Made by a program: the position numbers and the translations under genes
Assembly (NCBI GenBank): GCA_043228905.1
Contig: JBHGNT010000012.1
Location: 17,670,001-17,734,000, forward strand
Reading direction: 5' to 3'
From: Azolla caroliniana
Taxonomy: Eukaryota; Plantae; Polypodiophyta
DNA: 64,000 bases
In this document: positions 51,801-64,000 of the stretch, piece by piece
Position numbering within the stretch: the stretch's first letter is position 1
How the letters are laid out: every line of letters begins with the position of its first letter
Notes under the pieces: generated by a model
Seen by the model: the letters and a program-made list of their open reading frames with translations, nothing else
Told to the model about the DNA's origin: nothing
Databases searched by the model: none

Positions 51801-54800
51801 CATTGATAAGAACAATTAACCTTGATGATAGATTTTGCATTAAACTAGAACTTAATCTTGACATAAACATACAGCAGCCAGTACAGAAAACAAGCAAACA
51901 TATAAGCATACAACAAGAACTCTCTTGACACAAACAGTATAGAACTCAATAGAACACTCTATTAGATGTACAATAAAAATCTAAATTTGATAACAGTCTA
52001 AGAATATTGAATCTATCAAAAAAAAAATCCAAGTTCTACATAATATAACAATCCAAACTCAAACCTCATAGAAACATCATTTTTCATTATTATCGAGGCA
52101 TCTAAAACAGTTTCTCTTATTCATGGAAATCTTTTCAGATTTCGAAAATTTTAAGCAGTCTCAGCTGCAGCATTCACTTGCAACTTTTGTTTCCATGACA
52201 ATAGCGTTTTGCAAATAGCGCCTAGCCTAGACACATATAAAATCTCTCAGCAGTAAAATCATCTTGAAAAAACACAATGATAAGTAAAGATTTCCATGTT
52301 TCTGCTCCTCACAAAAAAAAACAGTTTCCAAGAAGACCATGACAGATGTAATATGTAAATTAGAGAATTTTGCAATAGGGTTCAACATTCTTGTGATAGG
52401 AGTAGATGCTAAGGAGATGTAATGGAATCATGGCTTGAAAAAGCAAAACCAATATATTAAAACATTCAAAAGTTTCAATTTGCGTTTTTAATTTCTACAT
52501 TTAAATCAGAAGTTCACTTGTTATTGCTTGTGTAGCCATAAGAAAGGTGTGGACAGCATTCAGAACAGTGTTAGAAAGCCAATGGTAAGCTTTAAGGTTT
52601 AAGAAAGACAGAGAAAGTAAAAAAGAAAGAAGGATATATTAACGTCTTTTAATAGGTCAAAATGGCCTATAAGACCAAAGAAGAGATTACATCTTAAATG
52701 TTGTCAGAGAGTTTTGTGAAGAGTTGAAGCAAGAAAGAGATAGAGACAGAGGTTATGTATGCAAGGAGACAGTTTTCTCCATAAGAGCATACTCAGAGAA
52801 GCTGTGGTGCCATGAAATATCCCATGACTATATATATGGGCTAGCTGTTTCTTGATACACAGGTGAAGAGATCAAATTTGAGCTCCGAATTGATATTCTG
52901 TAATTGCTTACAGAATTTTGGTATCATCCTGTTATAAGATAACTATTTGGAGTTGAATGAAGCATAACATTAATAACCTAACTGGCATCAAATTGCACGA
53001 CGTTGGGAGCATCACCATAGAAAATGTGCATATAACTCTTATACACGATCGCCTTGCATTTGTGAACATGCCCACTGTACCTTCCATGTGCCAACCAGCA
53101 GGCTGTATTTATAACATCGGAGATAGACAACACAACTGATGTTAAGAGACAAGCAGAAAATATGGTTGAGTCCAGCATGACATCATCATCAATACTGGTA
53201 GTACTGTGCCCCTGAGGGAAACAAACCATTGCCAGTTTTTGCATACCATGTACCATCAGTACAAAACCCAAAGAGGATACTAACTTTAAAAGAGATAGGT
53301 TCAACCCTTAGCAAATATTGTACTGGTTCAATATCTTCTCATATAGTCGTAGCCTCTTCTTAATAGACTTTGTTGGGTGTGCAAGCACATTTCTAGTTCC
53401 ATGTTTTTGACAGAGTCGTAACTCTCTTTCATTTGAGTGGCCCAGGGTGTATTAATAACCTAATGATACATAATTGCATTTATATTCCTCACTTTTTCTG
53501 CATCCTTAATAATGCACAGATGGATGAGAATTATCCTTCGTGACCATAATATTAACATGAACCAAACAGTTTCATCCAGGTGTTGCAAAAAGAATTCAAG
53601 AATATGGTACAAAAAATTTCAAAAATTATCGTTATCTTTATGGAGAAAGTTGAGCCCACACAATATGAAAATAAATTTACAATGTGTAAAAACCCTGAAA
53701 ATACGTAGAATCCTTGATAATCCTCGTGAAATTATCCAGCTTAGGGGGGTCAACATGCACAAGAATCAAAAGTAAAGGGAAAACTGATCGAGAATTTACA
53801 AAATTACTTCCACAATGTTCTTTTTTGAATCAATGATGCAATATGCTATAGGGAGAACTTTACCATGCTTCATCCAAGAGTGCAATAATACCCAGGGGTT
53901 TCTGCAAAAAAGGGCAGAAAAGCACGTTAAGAACACCATTATTTCCAAAAGTCAGTGACCCACAATAGCATGCAGGAAACATGAAAATATATAAATCGTG
54001 GCAAGTAGCTCAAATGCAGAAATGAAGACAAAGCTCAATGAATATCAAAAGAGACAAACTTGAAGAAGCTGGAAGTGAACATTCTTTGAAATATTAGAAA
54101 AATACACTGGCCTAAAGACTCGTGCTATTTTAATTCTTAAAAATATACTGGAGAAAACTCTCCTTTCCGTTCTGAAACTAGTAAAACCTACATTTCCACA
54201 TTTACATATACCATCAGGAGCAATCTTAATACCTTCTAGAATTATCCTTATACTCAAATGGTTTTACTATTATTATCTTCTCGTTTGTATATCCAAATTC
54301 TGAACTTTCGTGTATATTAAGTAAGAGAAGGAAGATGGAAGATACTTTTTCAATAAGGTCCAATACATCTTGATTATCAATGAACTCAATGTAGCTCCAA
54401 TTTATGGCCTCCTTTGTGTACTCCTCTTGCTCCATTTTGAAAACATGCTGAAGAAATAAAAACATTAATACTGCATAAAATAGAGTGACTGAAGAACTCC
54501 TTGGTTACATGGTACTACACCTGATTGAAGTGCTGCTGAAGCTTCTCATTTGCCAAATTGATACAAAATTGCTCAAAGCTGGACTTCATCATATAAAGCA
54601 TAAAGATAGTCATGTATCATATTTTAACAGCTTCAACAAATAATGAAATACAAAACACTCCACCACAAACCTATTTTTTAGGAAGCTCTCAAACCCATAA
54701 ATATCCAACACTCCAATCTGCGCTTGGGAATCTGCATCCTGACCAATTGATCTGTTGATTTTATCTACCAACCTGCCAACATTGAAAGAAAGATGATAAT

Positions 54801-57800
54801 GTTCATATGACATAAAAAATTTCAGAAAATAATATTAACCATGTTTGAGATCAAGATTATACCAATCAAAAAGACGAGAGTAAATAGTTTTTGCAAGTGC
54901 ATCCCTATTGATGAGAGCTGCTTCAGGGTCAAGTGTTTTTGTGATATTTTCCTCTCGAGTCACAATTATGCGTGTGCATAACGTGTCCTTCAAGGCATTA
55001 GCATTGCACCTATTGAATTATGCAGCACATGACAACATATTGCAGGCTTTTAGACTCAAGAAGAAATGTGCAAGAGCTTCAATTACATATAATAGGTTCT
55101 AATTTACTGATGATCAGAACATGGTGGTAATGATAAAATAATCCCAAATTCAAAATAGAGTGAGGCACACATTAGCAAGTCAGCTGCAGTTTGAAGGTGG
55201 GAAAAAGCCTGTTTGTCCTTAAGAACTGAGGAATCATGCTCTTTTCCTGGAGAAAACTCAATATTTCCTAAGTGCAGAATCGCTGCCAAAGTCCTGAAAA
55301 TTGCTTCCTGGCAACCAACAAGCAATAATTTTATGAGAATGCATTGACTATGACGTCTAAGTCAAAAGAAGTGTCTTAGCACACACCTGTTCTTCAAAAG
55401 TTATCCCCACAATGTCCATGGCCCGTCTTGTTCTTGAATACTCCTTGTCATTGCTCACACCAGTTAGTTCAAAACACTTGCTTTGGTTTAAATAATGAAA
55501 ACTCGACGCATCTGTTACTTTAAATTTCTCAGCATCCTGACACCACAAAGTGCAAATTCTTATTTGCATTCCAAGTTTCTACATGTAGATTATAAGAATG
55601 TGAGGAGCTACCTCAGAGGCACAGAGCTGATAGAAACAATGATAGTTCCTTTCTAGGTGTGTGATTTGTACAACACGAGACCTCTCAAGAAGATAGGTTC
55701 TGATTGCGGCTCCTGATATCCTCCCATTCAAATCAAACTGAATCTCTACAAATTTACCGAATCGACTGATAAAACATGAAACAAATCATTTTTTAGAATA
55801 AGGAAACCTGTTGGGCTATCAGTACCAACTATATAAGCCAGAACAATTAGATGCAGATGAAACAATAATCACATCTAATTCTACTAATTCAATCAATGTT
55901 TTCATCAAAACATGGCTCACAAAGTAAGCCTGAATAAAAATAAACTGAAAGAGTGCTTGCTAATGGGTGAAGAATGGCAAGCCGTGTCTTGAATATACAC
56001 AGTTGAAAAGTTTGTGTAACAAAATTATGAACGAGAAAATAGAGATTATGATCATGACATAATTAAAGTAGCCTTTCAAACATGTTTCTGGAAGAATAGA
56101 TTATGATCATGGCATATTTGAAGTAGACTTTCAAACATTTCTCTAGTAGCAAAAGAAAGAACCTCATTTTCAAAGAGGCTACCTCTAAATAAGAGCAATT
56201 CAGGAGAAAGGCACACCTGTTCCAGCTCACCTCGAGTTATCGTTTCTAACTGTTTTCGCATTTCCAAAAGCTTCAAGAAGAGGATTTGACTGAATGAAAG
56301 AGTGATCATCTTTTAGCAAAATCGGAGCATGCCTTGCTACTTCACTGGAATTGTTTTAACAGTACTGACAATATGTAGATCAACTTTATATCTTAATACC
56401 TCTAGAACCTGTTGTTCAACAGTTCTCCCATCTACAGCAGCTCTGCCACCCATATATGCTAGATATTGCATGATGAGTTTCGTTGTCTCTGTCTTGCCTG
56501 CCCCACTCTCACCACTTACAAGAATCGACTGACTTACTCCCTCAGAAATCATAGCTCTGCAGCAAAGAAAGATTCATGAGTCATAAGCATATTTGTGATA
56601 TCAGAATCACAAGAAACAAGCCCCGTGCAGACTAATACAGGATATTCAAAGCACCTGTAAGCAGAATCAGCAACAGCAAAAACATGAGGACTCAGATCTC
56701 CAAGTGGAGCTCCTCTGTATTGCTCCATCATATGGGAATCATATAAATGAGGCAGCTTTGCAAATGGGTTGACAGCAATCAATATATTTCCAGTATATGT
56801 CTACAAAAAACATCGGATTTTACTTAGCAAAAAGTACAAAGAATGCTACTGCTGTCACAAGAATCTCTACTTCCACCATAATGTGTCTCACTTGAAACCA
56901 CATTAACCAGTATTGTATGATGAGATTTGTTGCATTTAAGATCTTCTCATCTGTTATCAACTTGTCAACGCAGTGATAGGTAGATAGATATATCTTTTTA
57001 AATTTCTATGAGAAGCCACCTACAATCAATGGAATGGGTCCAAGCCCACGGCAAGGATCAAACCTGGACTCTCAAACCTTGACTTAAATGCTACAATGAA
57101 ACTCTGAGCAACAGCCATAGATACTTGAATAAAAGGAAGGCATTATTGCATGAGTACTAACTTTACTTCCAGCATGCATAACATTCTTGACCATAAGAAC
57201 CAGAAACTGGATTGTTTCATTCCTACACCATCGACATTCCACCCTGTCTCGTGACAGATAGCTAATTTTTACAATCATTCCAAATAAAAGAATGGCAAAT
57301 TGAACTTTAACAATCAGTTAAGCATGGTATACATTAAGATTTCACAAGGCATTTGAAGCACCACAATTTCTCCAAAAAGAAAATGCTCTTACATTAAAGA
57401 AGAAAGTAATATTGAAATATTTCAAGGAAAAAGGCATTACTAATCACAATAGAGAAAGATAAGTGAAATGAGGCATCATCCTAATACAGAAAGATGCTGC
57501 CCTTGCTTCAGAATTACTTTCTACTTGGAAGAACATTGACAATGCAGCTAGGGAAAAGATGAGATTATCCAAGCAACATTCAGAAGACTTTTGGAATTTC
57601 TAAACCCAAAAGAGAAATTGCTTGAATCAAATCAGACAAGTTTTATAGGAAACTTACATAAATTTCATTCAGCTCATATCGACATCCAAGATTGTATAGA
57701 ACACCAGGTTCATGCAAATAAGCTAGCTTTGTCATGTCATCAAGACCACCAGCCAACACATCAGTATCTCTTGGATGGATCTTTGAGATGGATGTAACTA

Positions 57801-59228
57801 TCTGTAGAATCAATCATATCAGCCAATTATTGCAGAGCATATAATTAGCCATATAAAGAAATCAAAAGTGATTACACACCAGTTTCTTGCTCTTCTCTGC
57901 CCTTGCTGTGACTTTCTCGTTTTCAAGACTGATAACATCTGCTGCAATCCAAGCCAACTGATTGTCCTCAACCCATATCTTTGACCCGGCAACCACATTG
58001 ATCATGCAACCCTAGCAGACAGCCAAATTTCAGTAGTAAAATTCACACAGAAATCACTTTCAACAATCAAGAATAACAACAATTATTGAGCTACTGAGGT
58101 CTTAACTAGATACAGATGTAACACATTTTACGAGAGTGTCTGACCCACAATTGCAGTGATGGTTACAATTGCTGATCCTAAATACTTGTTACTTCATTTC
58201 ATCTGTTTTGTGAGCTGCATTTTAAATACTAGCAGAGTTCCTCAATTGCCAGTGCAAAATTGCCTAAAGATTAGCTTGTAACATTTGATTAACTACCTAT
58301 TCGCTTAAACACGAGATGTTTGGCAGACCCACCCAAAGCTTCTCTTTGTATATTTGATTAGCTACCTGTTCCCTTAGCTTAAATTCTGCCAACTACTTAT
58401 GAAGAAATTATAGAATCAAAGTTTTAAAAAAATTTAATTTACTCAATATCTCACTGTGGTCAACACGAGAATATTTGCACTCTAGAGTACAAAATACAGC
58501 CTGAGCAAATAAATTATTCTCCCAGTAAACCGAAATGGAAATTTCTTTGCAAAGCAGGCATGCTCAGAGTTTGTGAATGGAAACTACATCAGGCTCTATA
58601 ATTGCATAAAATTGGAGACATTTACATATGCAAAATATAGAATCAATCTCGGAGTATTGAAATGATGCAACAAATACGAAGTTATAACAACACAATTGGA
58701 CAGATCACAGACATTTTAAGTGTGTATACATAACACCAGGTGCCTCGTGCAATTCACACGGGCGTATGCTACAAAATGCTTCAAGAAAAAGCAGTACAAG
58801 AAACTGCGAGATCTAAGGTTTTGTTGAGTCTGAAGATAACTATCATTAAAAAACCTACTTGGATCGCAAGCAGTTCCAGCATCCATAAATATTCTGATAT
58901 TCAAAAACTATATTTCACACATTGTGGAAAGCTACAAGCTTTACAGTTTTGCATTCAACAAAAGTATTGAAAAAAGACGCCATGGCACTGAATACGAAGG
59001 GATCAGAAGCATGGATAATAGATTATTTGCATCACTAGAAAGGATGCATAAGTGAAGCAAAAACCCTATCGTGACCTAAATATGATGCATAAAGAAGCGG
59101 CCAATCTGCAGGAATCTTCTCGGCACCAAAAAGCAAAATATCTCTACCTCCCTCTCTGGCGTTTGAAAAGAATGTAAGGGAGAACGAAATGGAGAAAGTA
59201 CCAGAAACCCGCATACCTTCTTAGACAT
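45867..59228 (-). CDS. XI-I: Class XI myosin heavy chain (XI-I-like), ~38 coding exons
   Basis: Exon 1 ATGTCTAAGAAG|GT (59217-59228), exon 2 57880-58011 (SH3-like [14 protein letters not shown]), exon 3 57658-57801 [16 protein letters not shown]-loop [17 protein letters not shown], switch [21 protein letters not shown], six IQ motifs (~49700-50620), coiled coil, and DIL cargo domain ([64 protein letters not shown]). Stop TGA at 45867-45869. No in-frame stop seen in the exons read. Myosin XI is secure; the XI-I subclade is inference. Confidence 0.95.
49291..49607. repeat. Diverged ~160-bp tandem duplication in a myosin intron
   Basis: CTTTTG.CATATAAGAAT.TAGATG..AAACAAACCAAAACCCA.TATG...GAGATCATGT...CAGAGAAAAAGTAATG.ATGAGAACAG starting at ~49291 and ~49458. 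Confidence 0.85.
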
Positions 59229-59900
59229 GGTGGATGGCGATGAACAGATTTGCTGAGGGCAGAAGGAGCGAGGGGGATGAAGGAGATTCCTAGGGCGGAA
59301 GGATTCGTGAAAGGGGAGGGTAAAAAAGGCTTATGTCTTTTTTTTCCCGCCTCTAAATCAAAAAGAAGGAAACACGGCACAAATCCTTCACCACTTCCTA
59401 CCTCCTCCTCCTCCTCCTCCTCCTCCTCTTCCTCCTGATTCTGATTCTGATTCTCTCCTTCTTCTACTTCTCTCTTTCTACTGCTTCCGGGGAGAATCCG
59501 ATTCCTGCTGCTTCCTCCGATTCCGATTCCTCCTCAGACTCCAATTCTGCTTCTCCGTGGCCACTTCTTGTCTCCTTCGTCTTCTAGAGAGAGAGAAGCC
59601 TCCCCTCCTTCTAGAGAGAGAGAACCTTTCGCCACTTCCTCTTCCTGCTTTATTCCTACTTCTCCATCTCCATCTCCAACGCCATCGCCATCTCCATCTC
59701 CCTTCTCCTTCTCCTTCTCTTTCTCCTTCTCCTTCTCCTTCTGATTGTAGAGAGGATCCTTTTGCTCTTGCCTGCTTCTCTCCTGCTGCTGCTCCTGCTT
59801 CTCTGTGTCGTCTCGTCTCGTCTCGTCGGCTTTCTTCCTTCTTCGTCACTATTCGCTGTGAAATCTCTGTCACTCTCTCTCTCTCTCTCTCTCTCTCTGA
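59229..59900 (-). other. Probable GA-rich 5' UTR/leader of the myosin gene
   Basis: Purine-rich sense strand with (GA)n and (GAG)n tracts directly upstream of the ATG; TSS not determinable. Confidence 0.55.
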
Positions 59901-59938
59901 GTTTTGAAAGGCGGACGGATGGGCGGGCGGACAGCGGC

Positions 59939-60147
59939 CGTTTCACACCTGTCCGCCCATTTCAAGCCTCGCTCCCTTCGGCCGGACACCACCCCCCCCC
60001 CTTTCACACCTGCCCGCCCATTTCAAGCCTCGCTCCCTTCGGCCTGGACACCGCCCCTTTCACACCTGCCCGCCCATTGCTAGCCTCCTCCCTTCCCTAA
60101 GGCCGGACAAAGCCCCCATTTCACACCTGCCCACCCATTTCTAGCCT
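59939..60147. repeat. Four ~56-61-bp GC-rich tandem repeats in the putative myosin promoter
   Basis: TTTCACACCTG(C/T)C(CG/CA)CCCATT..AGCCT starting at 59941, 60002, 60058 and 60119. Confidence 0.85.
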
Positions 60148-60397
60148 AAGAAGTCTCCTCCACCCACCACACCAACCAACACACACACACACACACACAC
60201 ACATACGCACACTGATTATGGGTCGACCATTGCTACCTTACATCCAAGCCACCCCCACTCCCATATATTTTGTTTTCCCTTATGTCGACCCCTCTCCTGC
60301 TTTGCCACCCCCTGACTATGCTTCCTTCCTATATACTTCATACGAGACCATCTAGAGCCGTGACTGCCGACTTACTTTTTTTTATCACGATACCTAT

Positions 60398-60635
60398 GGT
60401 TTTTGTGTTTGTGCAATGCATGTAAACAATACGAAGTATTCGTTCCCACGCGCACATACGCTTAACCTTTGGAATCGTAACAATACCCTCGTAGCAAAAA
60501 AAAAAAACTAATGTCTCTAAACCTACCCAATGCTACAAACAACGCCTAGGGTTTGTGTTGTGCAATGCATGTAAACAATATGAAGTATTCCCACACGCAC
60601 ATACGCTTTACCTTTGGAATCGTAACAATACCCTC
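60398..60635. repeat. ~90-bp direct repeat upstream of the myosin gene
   Basis: TTGTGCAATGCATGTAAACAATA.GAAGTATTC...CATACGCTT.ACCTTTGGAATCGTAACAATACCCTC at ~60398-60490 and ~60550-60635. Confidence 0.85.
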
Positions 60636-62111
60636 ATCTTCTAAGGTTGTCAACATCCATTGCTTCTTGTTTACTTATGACATATCATCTCTTATTTTCA
60701 AAAAACTCGTGTATTTACAATGAAAACCTTAAAAGTTGATTAGGGAATGTTCATGTTACAAAGAGCTTGAATAACACATGCAGGCATATTGCCTTGACAA
60801 GCAAAGCAACAATTGTATGTAGGGGTTTGGAGATGAGACACTCCTGAATGATGATATTAAATGATATTATTATGTACATAATCGTTTTTGTGTTATGCCA
60901 TCTTTCCAACCCTTGTGTCATGGAGAAAAGGACAACGTCAATTTTGTAAAGCCATTTCCTAGGTCAAACTATAAGCATGCATGACGTGAAACTAAATTAT
61001 GAAGTGTTTTTAAAGTGAAGCGTGCAACAATAAACCAAAAATTTATGAATAGTTTTATAATGCATACACGTCAAACCCGTTATGTGATGGTACAATGCAC
61101 GAGCTTTACCATGACAACATCAAAAAAATTTACTTTATAAAATTAATAAAGTAAGCAAGTGAATCTTAAAAATCTAATTTAGGAGACATCTAATGCCTCT
61201 TATATGATGTACAAAGGCAACGCTCCTTATTGCCTTCTTGTAGGAAACTTTCCGTTTCAAACATTCATTACGCATGGAATTCGACCAACCATTTTTTAAC
61301 TGAACACCATGAGAAGGGATATGAATGATGCATATAAGGAGCACACATTGTAATTATGAATCGTATGAATATCAAGTAAAAAGTATTGTATGAAAGGACG
61401 ATGGCAATTGCATGTTGGATGGGGAAGGAATTTTTTGTGAGAAGATTTCCTAGCAAATATTGTTCGAGGGTTAGGCAAGAACAACAATTTGAATTGCATA
61501 ATAATTCTATAATTTAAATAATCAACGACATATTAAATTAACGATTGTTTTAAGACAAAATAGGCATTTGAGGGATGAAACGAGATAAAGAACAATATAT
61601 ACAATGACAAAAATGGGTTTGCTAGGAGCTACAAAGTGATTTAAAACTTATATACCCCTTCCCATTCTTTGTTTGCATCCCCTTCTTACAGTAATCAAGA
61701 TCCTATAGCAAAGGTAAACCCTAAAGGCATTGTAAAATCGTTTTACATGAAGCCACGGTAAGGTGCCCACATAACGCAACTGTGAGAACTACTAAAACAA
61801 ATTTCCTTTCAACTTACGTGCCTATTGTAGTCATATATGAAGAGCATTAAACAATTAACGTATTCTTATACCTAGATTATATCATATACATGGATACTCG
61901 AGTGTAAAGCTTCGAGACCATAAAAGGAAGGCTACGGAAAGTGTGACATGATTGTCCCAGCTAATGATTCCAAAAGTTGCAACCATATAACGAGAACATC
62001 GTGTTTGTTTTACATATAAAGTGCTTGGAAATGTATGTAAATGAACATGAATTTTATTTGTTGTGAATTTTTTTCTATTTCTTTGTCCATAAAATAGTGG
62101 ATAAATAAACA

Positions 62112-62114
<3 letters not shown>

Positions 62115-62180
<66 letters not shown>
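62115..62180. repeat. (CT)n microsatellite
   Basis: Perfect dinucleotide run. Confidence 0.95.
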
Positions 62181-62184
<4 letters not shown>

Positions 62185-62409
62185 CTTTTTTATTGTCAAT
62201 ATCATAATCATCTCCAATAACATCTTTCCCACTGAGAATAGCAACATACGATGTTTTCTAATGTTTTGTAGAATCAATACACTTTTTGCCTCTTGTAATT
62301 TTCATTACCACATCCATCAACAATCATCAACTCACTTCCTATTGTTGTGTCAGCCATCCTAATAGAGATTGAGATAACTAACTTGAGACGATGACACTTT
62401 TGCTTGTAG

Positions 62410-62412
<3 letters not shown>

Positions 62413-62476
<64 letters not shown>
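62413..62476. repeat. Compound (CT)n(AT)n microsatellite
   Basis: A CT run followed directly by an AT run. Confidence 0.95.
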
Positions 62477-62479
<3 letters not shown>

Positions 62480-64000
62480 TTGCAACACCTATAAGCAAAG
62501 CTTCAATTATGGTTTTGTTCGGGGACACATACATGAGAAACAACCCAATTTCTTTCCTTTTATTCATGTCTTATATATAAGGATTTACATAAGAAGGTTA
62601 TCTATAACGCTCTCAACATCTTTGATCAACTTCAACTGTGGCATGTGTTAGTTTGTTTCAACCATAAGGTTATGGATATACCGACCTTTTCTTTGCATTG
62701 TTATGTGTAAAAGTCATGGTTGCTTCTTTTCAATGTCTTATTTTTTTAGTTAATAGAGACGATGTCACACATTAAACAATCATACTCTCTTATGCATAAA
62801 AATATATTCTCTTATATCTTGTATGTGGTCATCCATATTGTTTTCGTTAAGTTGCAAGAGTTCTTTATAAAAGAGCATTCGTCCATGCTTGTTTTATTCT
62901 ACCCTCCTTTTTATCGTGTTGTATGTACACATCCATTGTTTTATACTTGCCGTTATATGTGTGTCTTATGCATAGGATTATTCATATGATACTTAATTTT
63001 ATTCCGCCTTTCATTTTGTTGCGTGTTTTACGCATAAAATGATAAATTTGAGTTCATTCTATGTAAAAAGCATAGCTTGAGGGATCAAAACTAGATGTGG
63101 ATGATAATGATGACATGGATACCAAATAAAAAACATGTGATTAGACTCCAAGAACCATGTAAACTTCCATATTCATTATTAGAATAAGCTAATTGTATTA
63201 TGTTCTAGTTTGATTTTTACAGGGTTTATCGTTTTGATGATGTGTTTCAATTGTAATTTTTTGTTAAATATGTAATATGTAATATATATCAACTACAAAC
63301 AAGTGATTTGAATTATACTTTGACAACTCCCCTTCTATGGGTATGGTCAATGTTGAAAATAACCTAAATTTGGTAGAAAGAGCTTAAAAAAACACACACG
63401 TTAGGGGAGAAAAACTATGAAGGCGAAGGTTGACTTTTTGGGTTTCTGCTGAATTTGATTATTTAAATCTGAGGAGAAAGGTTCTATTAGTCCTCTTGGA
63501 ATTATGCACTAATTATGGCAATTAGCACTTGAAAATGGTTTAGTTTAAGCCAATAACGAGTTACAAAACAAGAACTTAATCAATAGGTTTAGGGTTTAGA
63601 GTAGTTTGTTGGTTGTTCCCTCTCCTTTTCCTCCCTTCCTTGCTACTCGTTGGTCCTCCTTCTTCCTTCTGCTCTTTCATGAAACCTTTCCATGAAGTGA
63701 ATATTCGTCACTTCTTATTCATGAGAGTCACCCAATTGGAAGGGCATCAAATTTTAGAGTTTGAGTCCTGATGCCTGTCGAAATTTTAACATTAAATCCC
63801 CTTTGTTATTCATAAATCAGAGCCATGAATTTTTCATGACATGCCTTGCATGAATGGCTCAAAGGTGGTTTGCCTCTTGCAAAAATAAAGGTTGATTATG
63901 CGAAACTTTTAGTCTGATGCTCAAATTGAAAATTGAAAATTATGTCATGATCATTGTTAATCTTGATTCACCAATAACACAATTTATAACATAATTTTGA

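Noticed and set aside
45867-59228. Myosin as fragmented pseudogene
   Set aside because: The short ORFs reflect introns; the exons read have proper splice sites and together give all conserved domains in order.
59478-60100. Arg/Glu- and Ser/Leu-rich ORFs upstream of myosin
   Set aside because: Translations of GA/CT microsatellite-rich leader and promoter sequence.
61882-62651. ORFs with ERERER/IYIYIY runs
   Set aside because: Microsatellite artefacts with no recognisable domain or splice structure.
63585-63600. Telomere-like TTTAGGG motif
   Set aside because: About two units only; such short telo-box-like motifs are common.

Overview
Eukaryotic land-plant genomic DNA, probably from a seed-free plant (inferred from the retroelement lineages present; the species cannot be determined). 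Bases 1-~43,800 are a deeply nested transposon island. An L1 LINE is split by Copia A, whose 5' LTR carries Copia B, and is bordered by a Tcn1-like chromovirus Gypsy C. C contains LTR element D, which holds chromovirus E, and C also contains Copia I. E in turn carries a hAT-type MITE, Copia G (with solo LTR H inside it) and a gag-only, tRNA-Trp-primed element F. Most junctions were resolved by eye from LTR termini, PBS, PPT and target-site duplications (TSDs), and all pol genes are disrupted. Bases ~45,200-59,900 hold an apparently intact ~38-coding-exon class XI myosin gene on the minus strand with XI-I-like signatures, followed by a repeat-rich promoter and AT/SSR-rich intergenic DNA. The most unusual observations are: two unrelated transposons inserted at the same CACGTG site in the two LTRs of E; the gag-only Trp-primed element with a 4-bp TSD; a 3' LTR preceded by a copy of the 5' host flank instead of a PPT; TG..TA LTR ends with a variable 54-bp U3 array; and a hairpin-repeat array in a retroelement leader. 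No wholly new system is demonstrated; these are candidates for checking.
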